This document shows, in pieces, positions 12,466-25,915 of a DNA stretch of 64,000 bases. The first letter of the stretch is position 1. Each line of letters starts with the position of its first letter. The position numbers and the translations under genes were made by a program. A model generated the notes under the pieces. That model had not been told where the DNA came from, ran no database searches, and saw only the letters and a program-made list of their open reading frames with translations. Source of the DNA: Octopus bimaculoides (lineage: Eukaryota); NCBI RefSeq assembly GCF_001194135.2, contig NC_068990.1, forward strand, positions 19,000,367-19,064,366, in the 5' to 3' direction.

Positions 12466-12859
12466 TGGTAGTAGTAAATTAGCATTCATTTAAAGGGAAG
12501 AATTTTATGTTCTTCTGTGAATTTTTCCACGGTTTGAAAGTAAAATTTATCGTCTTCGGAAGTTTATCTCGTTTGTTTAATGCCTTTGAAACTGGAACTG
12601 AAAAGCAATACTGTCGATCTTTGCAGTTGTAAACCTCTATTCTCTTAACCTCTATTCTCTTAACCTCTACTCGTGATTTCATTATTAGTATCAATCGAAT
12701 ATAGGCTAAGACATTATTTTTGTATATGGAGACATGAAGTTTAAAAAGCTAAATTGATATTTATAGGGCTTGAGATTAAATATGATGGCAGTATTAAATG
12801 CTGTGAGCTAATAATTTCCTAGGTCGTACAATTTTACCTTCTTTCAAGTGTGAGTTAAA

Positions 12860-13083
12860 TGGAACGGTTTGGTGTGAATAATGTGATCGTGGAATACCGG
12901 AAGTTAAAGTTCCACCGAGAAGAATATGTAGCAAATTCACAACGACACTTACTGATATCAAGTGGTTTTTCAGTAGATCAGAAACGACCATTTAGATCTC
13001 TAATACGAGGTGAAGGATGCATAAATCCGTCGCCAAATAGAACCGAACGATGCAATGAATGGATAAATAGAAACGCATCGTGA
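12860..13083 (+). mobile_element. possible degenerate R4/Dong LINE fragment (pre-RT region)
   Basis: SSGFSVDQKRPFRSLIRGEGCINPSPNRTERCNEWIN resembles the remembered R4/Dong pattern LF..DQK.FYR.L......P..EE...FW. Weak. Confidence 0.3.
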
Positions 13084-15321
13084 CTAGCAATGCATAGGAA
13101 CATCTGATGGATAATTATTATCTACTCAAGAGTTCTATACCTATACATGTGTATCATTCTTCATTCCAACAACATTAGTTTATTAATTTCTTTGACGTTA
13201 AGTATTTTCGGTCACTTTAAACATTTCAGTTCAGCATTTCTCATTTTATCAACAGTCATGCTGTAACAAAGACTTTAAGTGCTTGACTAAATATGATAAA
13301 TTACTTAATTACGGTTGTTTACGTTGTAAATTGAAAAGCTGTTAAATAAGTATTGTTAAATAGTTAAACAAGGGTAGACGTAATCAATTATATTGCTGCT
13401 ATTATAATGTGCTCAAATACAAAGTCATTATTTTTGTTTACTCACTGTGTTATGTCAATATCATCTAAACTTCTTAAAAGTTTTCCCCGTCATGAAGACA
13501 ATTTATAGCCAGAAACGCTAGAGAGAAGATTGAAATATTTTCAAGCATTCCGTTACATGAATTTATCTTTCCTTTTAGATTAAAACTTGTTGCCTTCGAC
13601 TCTCGTTCTCATATATTTAATAGTTTAGCCAGAAATGAAAGCGAAACGCTTATCTTTTTCAGAGCCTTCATGATGTGCGAATGTTTACGCACAGCAGATT
13701 GTGATGCGGTTGGTAACAAAAAGAGTGGGCTCCCCTTAAGTTATCTAGTAATGATGTATGTGATAAAGTACTGTACGAGTCAATGAAACGTCTGGATGTT
13801 GAATCTCGACAAATTAATCTCCTGAAATCGCTGTCTCTCAAAGCATACTTCCTGCGGGAGTTGATCTCAGAAAAACTGGTTGGTTACAATTGATTGCTAC
13901 ATGCAACCACATAATGCAAAAGTTAGAAATCAATATCGACACATTTTCAGAGAAGTAGAAGTTGATTTGTACTTATTTTATTGAAGATAGGAAATATGAA
14001 AATTAACATCGATTTAGATGGATGTTGACTCGAGAATTTAAATAGGTATGACGCAACTGAATATCGAAATACATCTAGTCTGGTGCTAAAGTCATTACGG
14101 CGACCATTTTTATTTCAAACACCAACTATATTAAAATTGTCTTGTCTTTTACGTTGTTAAAGTTATAGGCAAATTTATGGAATTTAATTCGCTGCTCTCT
14201 TATTGACGTGGACTTCAGATTTTCTTCTCATAATGTTGTTCAAAACATATTTTCTCACATACTTATCCAGTTACCACTACGGAACACCAAAATGCAATTC
14301 TTATCATTCATATGGTTATAGAAACATATCGTGGATTTCGTATTTATGTCCAATGTCATAGACAAAACAATCTACTGGATAGACAAAGCAATCTCTCAAA
14401 TTATGCTCAGATAAATTTTTCTAAAGTATAATCTTCGTGAACTATCCTGGCAATTATCTTGAAGCGAGGCTAAAAAGAAATGAGCTACGTTGAAGCCCCA
14501 ATATGCAGCTCTTGCATTTAGACCACTGGAGAATACAAGAGTATGCGGCCATATCGCAGCTGAATCGGTCTCATTCGATATCAACTAATCCTTTGTCTTT
14601 TTCTACACCACGATATCACTTCTGCAAGCTATATTTTTGCATATACTCTGAAAATGAAATAACTAAAAAAATTGTAAAGGTTTATTCTAGTTATAATTAA
14701 TCTCTCAATACAAAATTTACATTACATAATATACTTATAGGTACATACACTCACACACGTTCTCTCACTCTGACACACACACAATTACACACACACATAC
14801 ATATGTGTGCGTGTGAGATTTATTTCGATATGTAAGGTAGCATCGGACTATAACCATTACTAATTCAAAAGTGAATCGAAAATATTATAGTCTGTCACAT
14901 AATTATTTTCAGCCTCCTACCTTTTTTCAGATCGACTCTTATCAACACGATAGCGGGAAGAACTTGTACAGATATTCACAATGGAAAACAATTATCGATT
15001 TATTTCTTTATTTCATTTTTATAATTTAAAAATGATAAAGTGTTATCAATATTGAGACTACCATTTCGTTTTCTCTTTTTTCCCCTTTTTTCTTGAAAGC
15101 AAAGCAAAATAAAATACCTTTCTCAAAGACTGATAATATAGCTTGTAGCTAAATTGATAAACGTGTGATGAGATATTTTTTCTTCATTCTGACCACGTTG
15201 TTCCAATTACCGAGACAAAAAATAATGGAAATTAAATTAAATCGCATGGTTATTTCATAATGAATGCTGTATATATTTGCCTGTGGGATCACATGTTTCA
15301 GATTTTATATTTTTCTCTTAG

Positions 15322-15366
15322 GCAACAACGCAGACAACGCAAACAAATCGTCTGCCAGGCATCCGG
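15322..15366 (+). other. candidate small exon (45 nt; 51 nt with alternative donor at 15373)
   Basis: Acceptor ATTTTTCTCTTAG (AG 15320-21); donors CGG|GTATCA (15367) or TCA|GTAAGA (15373). All three frames open; C/G-richer than flanks. Confidence 0.3.
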
Positions 15367-16429
15367 GTATCAGTAAGAGTAAAAGCAGATTACATAAGAA
15401 AATTACTATAAAAGTAGAAAAATTTCGTTTTCTTATTGAAGCAATTTCAATTCCTCTGTGTATCTATTTGCCTTATGAAACTTTGACCGCTAGAAATAGA
15501 ATATTCTGCGAAGAAAAGTATTAGCAGAATATATCATAATTATATAGAATAGGACTTAGTTCTTATTCTATTGTAATGGCCCATGTTTGAAGATTTATTA
15601 GCAGTTGCTTTATAGAAAATTTGTTTCAAGGCAGAACCCGAGGCGCAAGCATTATGGATGCCTATGGTGAAGGCTGCAGTTTCCATTGAAATTGCGATAT
15701 TAAAACATGATTAGGCTTAGATCTGCCTTCAGTACTTCACCCACTTTCCATGGCGTATAAGTGACAGATTCCCACAATGGAATGCTGGTACAATGCTGTC
15801 CAAGAGTGTATAATTAGTTATCCTTATACCTAAAATAAGGTTTCTCCTATCACTGGTACACTTTATATCGTCTCTGTCAACACCGATGTTATCTTTTAAA
15901 GTATTGCTTATCTTTGGAATATACTCAAAGCAACGAACTGTTGTGATTCGAAATAACGACAACCAATTTTCTTTGATAGTCAACTGTAGTCACAACACTC
16001 TAACCATCACAATAAATATTATATAATTCCAAAATTCGTCAGTTGTAATAAGGCAAATTATGATTTACGAGACTGAAAATAGAGAACCCATATATATTAT
16101 TACAGATCATTAAAATTCAAAGATCTCTATAAAAGTTTACTGTATTTCATTTTAATAATTTGGCAGCCATAATTCCACAAAGAATAATGACAGCCGCGTT
16201 ACAACAACATCCAGCAGAGTAAGCATATCTGCAGGTGAATTTCTAATAAATCGCGATGTTTTCAAAGATGTACAGCTACGTCATTCTAGATTGTCATTGG
16301 ATGAAACGATTAATTATCATATAAGTTATATGACGCAAATGCTTCAAACTATTTTGGAATATTATTAAATTTAATTTCAAATTAGTTATTGGAATTATAT
16401 TAAGATTTGATGAAATTCCGTAGGAAATG

Positions 16430-16457
16430 ATTGCTGTACATTACATACATGTAAACA

Positions 16458-16495
<38 letters not shown>

Positions 16496-16677
16496 CATAC
16501 ATACGTACACACATACACAAATGCACGTAGGCAATTATATATATATATATGTAGGCATATATATAATTATATGTATGTATGTCTGTATGTATGTATGTAT
16601 ATATATATATATATATATATGTATTATATCATATTATATCATATGTATGTATATGTAATATATTATATCATATATAT
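16430..16677. repeat. compound (TA)/(CATA)/(TATG) microsatellite before gap
   Basis: Seen directly. Confidence 0.9.
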
Positions 16678-17089
16678 NNNNNNNNNNNNNNNNNNNNNNN
16701 NNNNNNNNNNNNNNNNNNNNNNNNNNNNNNNNNNNNNNNNNNNNNNNNNNNNNNNNNNNNNNNNNNNNNNNNNNNNNNNNNNNNNNNNNNNNNNNNNNNN
16801 NNNNNNNNNNNNNNNNNNNNNNNNNNNNNNNNNNNNNNNNNNNNNNNNNNNNNNNNNNNNNNNNNNNNNNNNNNNNNNNNNNNNNNNNNNNNNNNNNNNN
16901 NNNNNNNNNNNNNNNNNNNNNNNNNNNNNNNNNNNNNNNNNNNNNNNNNNNNNNNNNNNNNNNNNNNNNNNNNNNNNNNNNNNNNNNNNNNNNNNNNNNN
17001 NNTTAAATTCTCATCGTTTCGAACGAAGTTTATTTAATGTTAACGACATATTGAATGATTTGTAAATGATAGCTTTATAAAGAATTTTT

Positions 17090-17432
17090 ATTATTGTCAT
17101 TATTATTATCATTGTCAGGATTGTTTCATTATTATTGTTGTTGCTATTCTGAATGAAAGACTCTCGGACAGTTCTTAAATACCGGTTATTCTTTATTTGA
17201 AAGCAGGCAATAATAAATCACCAAAGGTTTCAAATATTGCCTTCTCCTGTGACTCAAAGAGACAGTACTCTCCTTAGAATGTGAGCTGTACCCAACAATG
17301 CTGTCTTCTGGATCAACTCGAGCCTGACAACCGCTCCAATATACATATGTTTTCGAAGATCTTGGAAAATTCTCCTAATGCTCCAATTACCACCGGTATC
17401 ACCATTACTTTCCCCATGCCCCATAACTTTCC

Positions 17433-17436
<4 letters not shown>
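17090..17436 (-). mobile_element. R4/Dong-clade LINE 3' end (RLE C-terminus)
   Basis: Minus strand KLWGMGKVMVIPVVIGALGEFSK, frameshift, then LELIQKTALLGTAHILRRVLSL*. Homologous to 27290-27820. Degenerate AAT-rich tail near 17090-17150. Confidence 0.85.

Positions 17437-17484
<48 letters not shown>
17437..17484. repeat. (ATT)n microsatellite
   Basis: Seen directly, between two divergently oriented LINE fragments. Confidence 0.95.
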
Positions 17485-17939
17485 TGACTCTTGACTTTCT
17501 CAGGTTTCACTTGAAGAGGAAATTGAGAGTGCAGAGGGCAGTGCTGTCCCCGAATAAGTTTATTGAAAGGTGGAGGAAAGTTGCGAGAATGGCAAGAGTG
17601 GATGGTACCTCTCTCAGTGTAGACCTATGAGTCGCAGAGAAGGAACTGGAGAGTGCGCCTACTCATAGGGTTTGAGGGAAATCTCGGACAGTGGAGTTCC
17701 TCGATTATCCCTAGAGGCATTCCTAAACCAGGAGGGTCACCTCACTATCATCGTCCCTGCTTTTTTCATCTTTGTATGCTAGGCATGTCTCCTTTTTCCA
17801 GGGTATACCGTGTATAATGTTTTATTTTATTTTTCGTTTTTATTTATTTTTATCTTTTCATTATTATATGTATACCTCCACACTTTATGTCTGTCTCTGT
17901 ATTGTCTTCCTCATCCATCGCCCTTGTGGCAAATAAATG

Positions 17940-18024
<85 letters not shown>

Positions 18025-18025
18025 T
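17485..18025 (+). mobile_element. L1/Tx1-like LINE 3' end with (CAT)n tail
   Basis: Open frame 17487-17630 TLDFLRFHLKRKLRVQRAVLSPNKFIERWRKVARMARVDGTSLSVDL*, a U-rich 3' UTR, then CGCCCTTGTGGCAAATAAATGAAAT and (CAT)n at about 17941-18025. Family assignment from remembered similarity. Confidence 0.6.
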
Positions 18026-18719
18026 ACTATTGTTGTTGTTATCATCACCCTCGTCTTAATGACCATCGCCACAAGTATCGTCGTCCGCATGATCAGCAGC
18101 AGTAGCGTTATTATCATTCTTCTTATACTTAATATCTATAATTACTTCCAAGTGTATTCGAATCTAAAACTTTTTCAGAAAATTAACTTGACAATGAAAT
18201 TGAAAGCATTCGAAGTTATTAATTTGACAGCATGATAAAATAGGTCTAAAGCTATTTAACTGTGGAACGAACCTACAGATTATGGCGTTAAATTTATGCC
18301 GGTGGACCAACAATGTTTACTTGGTGTAGTTGTTAATTTGGGTCTGTTTTATAGCAAGTTACCGGGTCGTTTTCCGTATATGCTATCTCAACTAGATTTT
18401 TTTCCCAATTCTCCCTTATATTAGATATACAGTGGAAATGCTTAAGGAAAGAAGCATGTCCAATGTTTTTTCTTGGAAACAGTTTCAACCAAAGAATGAA
18501 TTGAAAGGCATATTTGAAATTTATGACCATGAAGCAAATAATTTTGTCTTTAAGTTCATGAATCAATGTAGGATTTATATTGAAACATAGGCAAACCATC
18601 GAATTTCCGCGCTCCTTACTAATTAATCAATACTTCTAAATCAATCAAAAACATAAATTCCTCAAAACTAAGAAATAAATTATCTATTTTTCGAAATAGA
18701 TGTATCTGAAAATGTTAAA

Positions 18720-18990
18720 CAGTGTGGTTACGAAGTTCATTTTCAACCATATGGCCGCGGTTTCAGTCCTACTTCGCGGCACATGGGCAATGAGTCTTTT
18801 ACTATAGCTCCGGTTGCGACCAGTGGTTCGTTAGAGAATATGTTAGATCGAAACTGTGTTGAATCCCGACGTATATAGATAAATACATGCATATATGTGT
18901 AAGTGTGTTTTTGTGTTTGTGTTTGCGCCCCTACCGTTTGGCAACCTATGTTAGTTTGTTTATATTCCTGTTACATCAATGCATGGTCGC
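18720..18990 (+). mobile_element. SINE type B, degenerate (head, internal microsatellite, start of tail)
   Basis: GTGTGGTTACGAAG...CAACCATATGG..GGTTTCAGTCC...GGCACATGGGCAATGAGTCTTTTACTATAGC, then (TA)/(TG) and CCCCTACCGTTTGGCAACC. Head homologous to 28611-28748. Confidence 0.6.
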
Positions 18991-19589
18991 AGTGTAATGA
19001 CTGAAAAACCAAGCTATAAAGAATCGTATGACAATGTTTCAGTGGTTGAACGTATTTCGTGCCATAATACTTGTAATGTTAATAGAGTAATATTCATTAG
19101 ACCTTAGGTCTGTAAAGGAGGTAATTCCTGAGCTTGAAACTTGGATATTTTTAATGAATGTAAGTCGGTAGCGTAATGTATAAATTGGTTGTACATCGAT
19201 ATGTAGCATAAACCATTCTCAGCTAGCCCAACTCTTGACGAGAACGCTGTTTTTCATTGGATGTCTCTCGGGAGCTTTTGATGAACGTATGCGTTGCTCA
19301 TCAGGCACCCTTCCCATAATAAATTGCTACACATTTGTTAGAAGCTAAGTACAGATCAAAATAAAGTAATTAAAATCTCCTATATATACATATATACACA
19401 CATGTATATATGCAAATGTAAAGACTACGTCAAACGGTGTATAATACGCTTGAGTAAGTAAATTCCAGCATCAAATGATGGGAGATGCAATGCAAGTGAA
19501 CAGGATTTGCTAATAGGTAACATATCGGCCGAAACGATGACAATAAAGATTAAATAGTTCGGCAGCTCGTTGCTAATGGCATCAAAACG

Positions 19590-19742
19590 TTTATATATAC
19601 AGACATACTCACATACGCACGCACACACACACATAGTGCGTGTGTATATATATATATATATATGTGTGTATATATGTGTATATATATGTGTGTATATATG
19701 TGTGTGTATATATGTATATATATGTATATGTGTATATATATA

Positions 19743-19773
<31 letters not shown>

Positions 19774-19794
19774 GTGTATATATGTATATATATA
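19590..19794. repeat. compound (CA)/(TG)/(TA) microsatellite
   Basis: Seen directly; followed by a gap and (AG)n at 20343-20383. Confidence 0.9.
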
Positions 19795-20342
19795 NNNNNN
19801 NNNNNNNNNNNNNNNNNNNNNNNNNNNNNNNNNNNNNNNNNNNNNNNNNNNNNNNNNNNNNNNNNNNNNNNNNNNNNNNNNNNNNNNNNNNNNNNNNNNN
19901 NNNNNNNNNNNNNNNNNNNNNNNNNNNNNNNNNNNNNNNNNNNNNNNNNNNNNNNNNNNNNNNNNNNNNNNNNNNNNNNNNNNNNNNNNNNNNNNNNNNN
20001 NNNNNNNNNNNNNNNNNNNNNNNNNNNNNNNNNNNNNNNNNNNNNNNNNNNNNNNNNNNNNNNNNNNNNNNNNNNNNNNNNNNNNNNNNNNNNNNNNNNN
20101 NNNNNNNNNNNNNNNNNNNNNNNNNNNNNNNNNNNNNNNNNNNNNNNNNNNNNNNNNNNNNNNNNNNNNNNNNNNNNNNNNNNNNNNNNNNNNNNNNNNN
20201 NNNNNNNNNNNNNNNNNNNNNNNNNNNNNNNNNNNNNNNNNNNNNNNNNNNNNNNNNNNNNNNNNNNNNNNNNNNNNNNNNNNNNNNNNNNNNNNNNNNN
20301 NNNNNNNNNNNNNNNNNNNNNNNNNNNNNNNNNNNNNNNNNN

Positions 20343-20386
<44 letters not shown>

Positions 20387-21199
20387 TGAAAGGCACACAA
20401 TCCAAAGCAGCCAGACAGTGAATGTATGTTAAATATATGTTGGTAGTGTTTCGTAGTTTTAGAAAGACGGTTCTGCAATTTTTTCCCCAACAACCTGCTG
20501 AAGTGATCTGTTAGTAGCTCACTCCCTCTATCAAATCAACGTTGCCTGAAACGGCGCACGGTGTACCATTCGTCATGTGTTGAGGTGACCGCAATGTATT
20601 GTGGGACGAAATGCTTTGCTGTAGGATACAACGATTCAACCTGCCTAAGTATTGAAACTACGAGCTCGTGATCCACTAAGATATGCACCCTTACCTTATG
20701 TTAATAATAGTCTAGACTTTATCGAAAGTATTTTATCTTGCCAACGAAGCTGCAGTAGACACAGTTGTTTTTCTCTACGCCATATTAGACCAGGATAGTG
20801 GAATGTATCACAAATTTGTGTTCTTACATTGTGTAGCAAAAGATGCCCTTATTGCCTGTGAATTTTTTTTTATACCTTTAATTGTATTGCAGAATAACGT
20901 TGAACAGATTTTCCGGACATGCATGAAAAGCTGCTGTGTCCGACTCTTCGTATTAAACTTTACCAAGTGAACCATTTCTCTAGCCATGATCACTTGCACG
21001 CATAAATAAAGAATTAGATTTGTCTGTTTCTATCTTTCTATTCTTAATATTAACGTCCATTGGAAAACAGGATACAGACACAAGGAACAATCATTTGTGT
21101 GCACAAATGTTACTAATTTAAATCTGATTTTCATCTTATTATTCTTTTTCTCTCTTCGAGAACTTCACAAACATTCCGGAATCCTATTGTACTTTTCGT

Positions 21200-21345
21200 A
21201 CAATCCCGAGGCTTTGGTCTCTGACATCAATACAATGTGCAATAAGCACGCACATGGGTTTCTTTAATAGCAAAAATATCCCTTCTGCACGAAAGCCACT
21301 GCTCATGCTGCCAACGGGAGAAATCAATACTTTTTTTAGAAGTGT
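21200..21345 (-). mobile_element. possible degenerate LINE APE-endonuclease N-terminal fragment
   Basis: Minus frame QWLSCRRDIFAIKETH resembles the APE motif DI.AIQETH. Short and interrupted by a stop. Confidence 0.2.
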
Positions 21346-23129
21346 TCTATTGGAAAACAGAAAAGCTGAAGTCGACACTTTGATAAATCATAAAATCAGA
21401 TTCCTTATTGCATTTTGTAACATTGTCACAGTTTTCTTAAAATTCAAATACGCTGCTTTATATTTATGTATTTAAACATTTCAAGTAAATTCTATAAAAA
21501 AAAGAATAGCAGTGATCATATTCCTAAAAAAGAAATCTTTATGTATGTTTAGTACATTTTTCTCCATTCCGGATATATTTCTATGTGTTTCAGCTACTTC
21601 AACAAATATTCAACTGCAGCTATTTATTTCTTTGATGCTTAAGTGTATGTAAACATAAACAGAGCGGATATTTGCCAAGCAATGAAGGACGTTCAAGTAA
21701 TACAACTGTTAAGTTGTCTTTACTCTTTATTATTGCTGTTTTCTAATCCCAGTTGAGCTTTCAATAAGCAGATCTATGATTAAATATATTACAACTATAG
21801 CGACAACAACTCTACCTGAGGCCATTCTTACAATGTTATCAAATGCATCCTTTTTGTGAAGATGATATGGACTGCAAGAGCAGGATTTCAGTGCTATATA
21901 TTTTTTCTGTAAATGAAGCAACGGATAGATTTATTGCACGGTATTTTAAAACCTCTAAAATATATCTACAGATCATACCTAAGGGAAATAATACATATAT
22001 CTCAACATACACCGGCCTACACGCACACACATACGCACACAGCATATACAAGCGCTCGCGCATACACACACATGAGTTAGGCTAAGCGACGTTTATAAAA
22101 TGTAGAGCGCTAAAGCTGGAATTTATTTCAATGACACTTCTAGTATTCTAGTATACGTTTCCATTATTAAAATTTAAACCGCTAAACGCAAGTCTTTCAT
22201 TGATAGCAAGCAGGACAATGTATTCTACTGTTATTAATATAAATAGAGAGTTAACAGCACATAAAGAAAGATAATAAACTAACCATATCTCAGAAAATTC
22301 ATAAAAGTTTACTTGGCAGTAAGGCGGCATACGATGCAGGAGGAGATCTGTTATTTATAATGTTATTAACGAAGGTATAATTTGCCCTTTTGACATATAC
22401 TTTTAAACATAATTATATTAGCCGAAGGTATAAGAGACGAAAAGCATGTTCAATCCTTTTGGAAAAATTATTGCTTTGTTTGTACCTCTCTTCCAATTCA
22501 ATATTTCAAATTTTATATGAAATCTTCTGTGAAGAAAAGAGTAATGGTTTAAAGGAAATAATTCTAGAGAAATCGTTTGGAAAATTTTCTTATTACTGCA
22601 GTACATGTTCCTAGAGAGGCAAGTAGAGTATCGTACTAATAAATCAATGAAGCAAAGTAGCTATCCCAAGAGAAATAACGTTGCGTCCAAGTTATTTAAA
22701 TTTTCGATGAAGTTAGACAATGAGTCTACTATAAACAATAAGTGTAAGAATAGTAAAATTGCAACTTTTGTAATAATTTCTAAATTTCAATTTTGATTTG
22801 TGAGCTAAGGTTTAATTCGAACTTCTCTCTTGGGGACTGGTCTTATTCCTATTTTACATGGTAACATTAAATTGAAATATTCATTTGTAATATCTGACAT
22901 GAGATGTTATAAAGTTAACAATCTGATGACGTCAGAAGACTGGCAATAATACGTCTCCTTCACAACTTAAACATGAAATATATGGTGAGCTAGTTTGAAC
23001 CGACCGAAATGTTCCAAATAATTGCCAACTTACATTAAAAACCGCATTGAATTTTGGAAAGCTTTCAATAATTGTGTGATAACTTAATAGTATTCTTTGT
23101 TTTGAATGAAGTGATTCTAAATAATTTTA

Positions 23130-23229
23130 ATTCATTTATTTCTATTATATTTTCAGGTAAGTTCCTCGTGATTCAGTGAACTATCGTTGTTGCCAGAATA
23201 TCAAAAAGATAATATATAATTTCGTAAGT
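23130..23229 (+). promoter_or_regulatory. candidate recursive splice site (AG|GTAAGT) with 67-nt RS-exon
   Basis: TTCATTTATTTCTATTATATTTTCAG|GTAAGT (AG 23155-56, GT 23157-58); second consensus donor TTC|GTAAGT at 23224-23229. Confidence 0.45.
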
Positions 23230-23589
23230 ACATCTATGATTTCCCGAAACATTTATTCCAGTACAGTGGACGCGAGGCCATTAAATCTTTCCACACTAGT
23301 TGCAAGAAAACAAAATTGGATATTTTCTTAACCAGGAACTTCTAGACAATGGTCCAGTTTCAAAAAATTCCTGCCTTTGTTTCTTCTGCAAATACATCCC
23401 ATATTATCTATTAAATGTTTCAGATGAGATAAATCTGGATCTAAAATGACACTTTTTGCTCTTCAGATCTATGTATCTCTTACAAATAACAAATACCAGT
23501 CCACACATATACTTATGTTTGGTTTTCTCAAATAATGTATAACATATTTTTTATATCCTATGCCTCGATGAACAAGAAAACAAGCACAC

Positions 23590-23609
23590 ACAGATACGCA
23601 CGCGTGTAC

Positions 23610-23679
<70 letters not shown>

Positions 23680-23736
23680 ACACGTATATATATAAATGTA
23701 TATCAACGTACATATGTTGATCACCTGTAGATGTAC

Positions 23737-23774
<38 letters not shown>

Positions 23775-23790
23775 CTATATACTATATTAT
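23590..23790. repeat. compound (CA)n/(TA)n microsatellite
   Basis: Seen directly. Confidence 0.9.
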
Positions 23791-24244
23791 ATAAGAGCTG
23801 TGTATGTGTTTCTGATCGTATGTGTGGATTCATATATTATGGCGGTGTGATTTATTGAACATCGGAAAAAGTTTTCATAAAATATTTTCCAAATAAATTT
23901 TCATAGAACAACATTAACTATAAAATAATTGGTAAAATATAAAATATAAATATGACTTCCAGCCAAAAGTTTAATTAATGAATAAAGCATAATAAAAAAA
24001 TCTTTATGATACAATCAATTCATCTGGTTATATTCTTCTGGCATCTTAGAAACTTTGAAGTAAGGTAGTGGCCCCTCTTTTAGAATGTAATCTTATTTAT
24101 AAGTTATCGTCATATGCTTCATCTCTCTGTGTAGACGTTCATCATTTGAAAAGATTTGATAATTTAGGGTTTGATCTGAAGAAACATAGAGGTCATACTC
24201 ATAACAGAATATGTGTACGAAAGGAGCAATATTGTTTTATTTAA

Positions 24245-24440
24245 TAAGGCGACGAACAGGACAAAATGCTTAGCGGCATTTTCATCGTCTTTGCGTTCTG
24301 GGCTCAAATGCCGCCCACGTTGAAGTCATCTTTCATGTTTTCATAGTTGACAACATGAGTACCAGTTGAGACCTGAGGTCGATGTAATCGACTGACTCCC
24401 TCCCCGAATTTTCTGGCTTGTACCCAAATTTGAAATCTAT
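24245..24440 (+). mobile_element. SINE type C, degenerate
   Basis: TAAGGCGACGAAC..GACAAAATGCTTAGCGGCATTT...GAGTACCAGTTGAGACCTGAGGTCGATGTAATCGACTGACTCCCTCCCC. Confidence 0.75.
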
Positions 24441-24799
24441 GTTATTGTATTTAATAACGTTTGGATCTTTCCATTGGCGAATAGAATTAGCTGCAGGAAG
24501 AATTGTTGCTCGTACACCATCTATAATTTGACTCAATTCTAATAATTTATCAGTTGTTGTCGAATTCTTTCTTGCAGCTATTTTAGTTTCCAGAAAGTGG
24601 TGTATATCATTAAGCTATGAATTGTAATAGCAAAGCTGTTAAATTAAACCTCTGATAATGCTAAACCAAACTTTCATTAATTTGTTTAGAGAGCTGGAGA
24701 ATACAGCCTTGCGTTTATGTATTCTTTAGATTTCCAATGGAGGAAGAATAATTGCATTGTTGCTGTACTTTATCATTAAATGATGCATTATCCCCTACC

Positions 24800-25036
<237 letters not shown>

Positions 25037-25407
25037 TCATATGTATATATTTGTTTTGTGTTCAGTTATAATGATAACTTTACATTAATATGACGGGTTA
25101 CGTTGACATTTACATTATCAAAGCAAGAGATGAAATCCAATTAAACTAAAAATAACTAAAAGTAATAACACATCACATACCAACCTATCAAAATAGACAA
25201 CGTAGAATTCTACGTGCCTGAATAAATTCTAAACAATAACATAACCCTAAATTTAATCAATCAAAATTTCACCAAAATAGCTCTTGACAAGACACCCTAC
25301 AACTTAATTACCACTCCACTCAAACTCACATATGCAAGGAAGGTTTAAACTTAGCGGTGACTACATAAAACCACGATATACCTCAATAAATCGCAGGACG
25401 ACGAGGG

Positions 25408-25915
25408 CCTAGCTGGCCGAAATTTCAAAGTCTAAAGTCTTGAAGCTCTACTCTCTGCAGCGCCGCCGCAAGCGGCACATCATCTATACCATGTGGAGAA
25501 TGTACCGCCAGCATTGCCCAAAGGACCTGAACATTAGTTTCAACGCTCATCCAAGGATGGGACCAAGGGCTATACGTCCCCTGCCCAATTCGGGATTACG
25601 TCATATAGGCACACTGCAGTATAATTTCATTTCCTCAACAGGCACTGTCCTGTTTAACATTGTCCCGAAACAGATAAAAGAGGAAAAGGATCCTATCAGC
25701 TTTAAACGGAGTCTAGACAGATGTGTTCAAGGAATACCAGACAAGCCACCCATACCTGGATACAAGTCACTCAATAAGAACTCACTACTTGAATGGAGCA
25801 TAAACAATTATTGACTGTAAAAAGGATTTAGATAATCCGATCAGGTGGTGCTATTAAGTTAGACATGGCCTGGACCAATCTTTGGTCAAAACATATCTAA
25901 GCTTATCTAAGTTTA
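25408..25915 (+). mobile_element. CR1/L2/Jockey-group LINE 3' fragment (a third family)
   Basis: LKLYSLQRRRKRHIIYTMWR...TGTVLFNIVPKQIKEEKDPISFKRSLDRCVQGIPDKPPIPGY...NSLLEW*. 3' UTR CAGGTGGTGCTATTAAGTTAGACATGGCC with a (TATCTAAG)2 tail. Confidence 0.88.

Noticed and set aside
12632-12672. 15-bp tandem repeat x2.7; similar 19-20-bp duplication at 55745-55785
   Set aside because: Ordinary slippage duplications; no spacers, so not CRISPR-like.
14931-15030. Strong acceptor CCTCCTACCTTTTTTTCAG followed by IDSYQHDSGKNLYRYSQW
   Set aside because: No good donor and no recognisable homology.
15729-15983. 84-aa minus-strand ORF
   Set aside because: No recognisable domain and no clear splice boundaries.
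19255-19312. Minus-strand CTGATGAG followed by a small hairpin
   Set aside because: No correctly placed GAAA, stem III or stem I; not a hammerhead.
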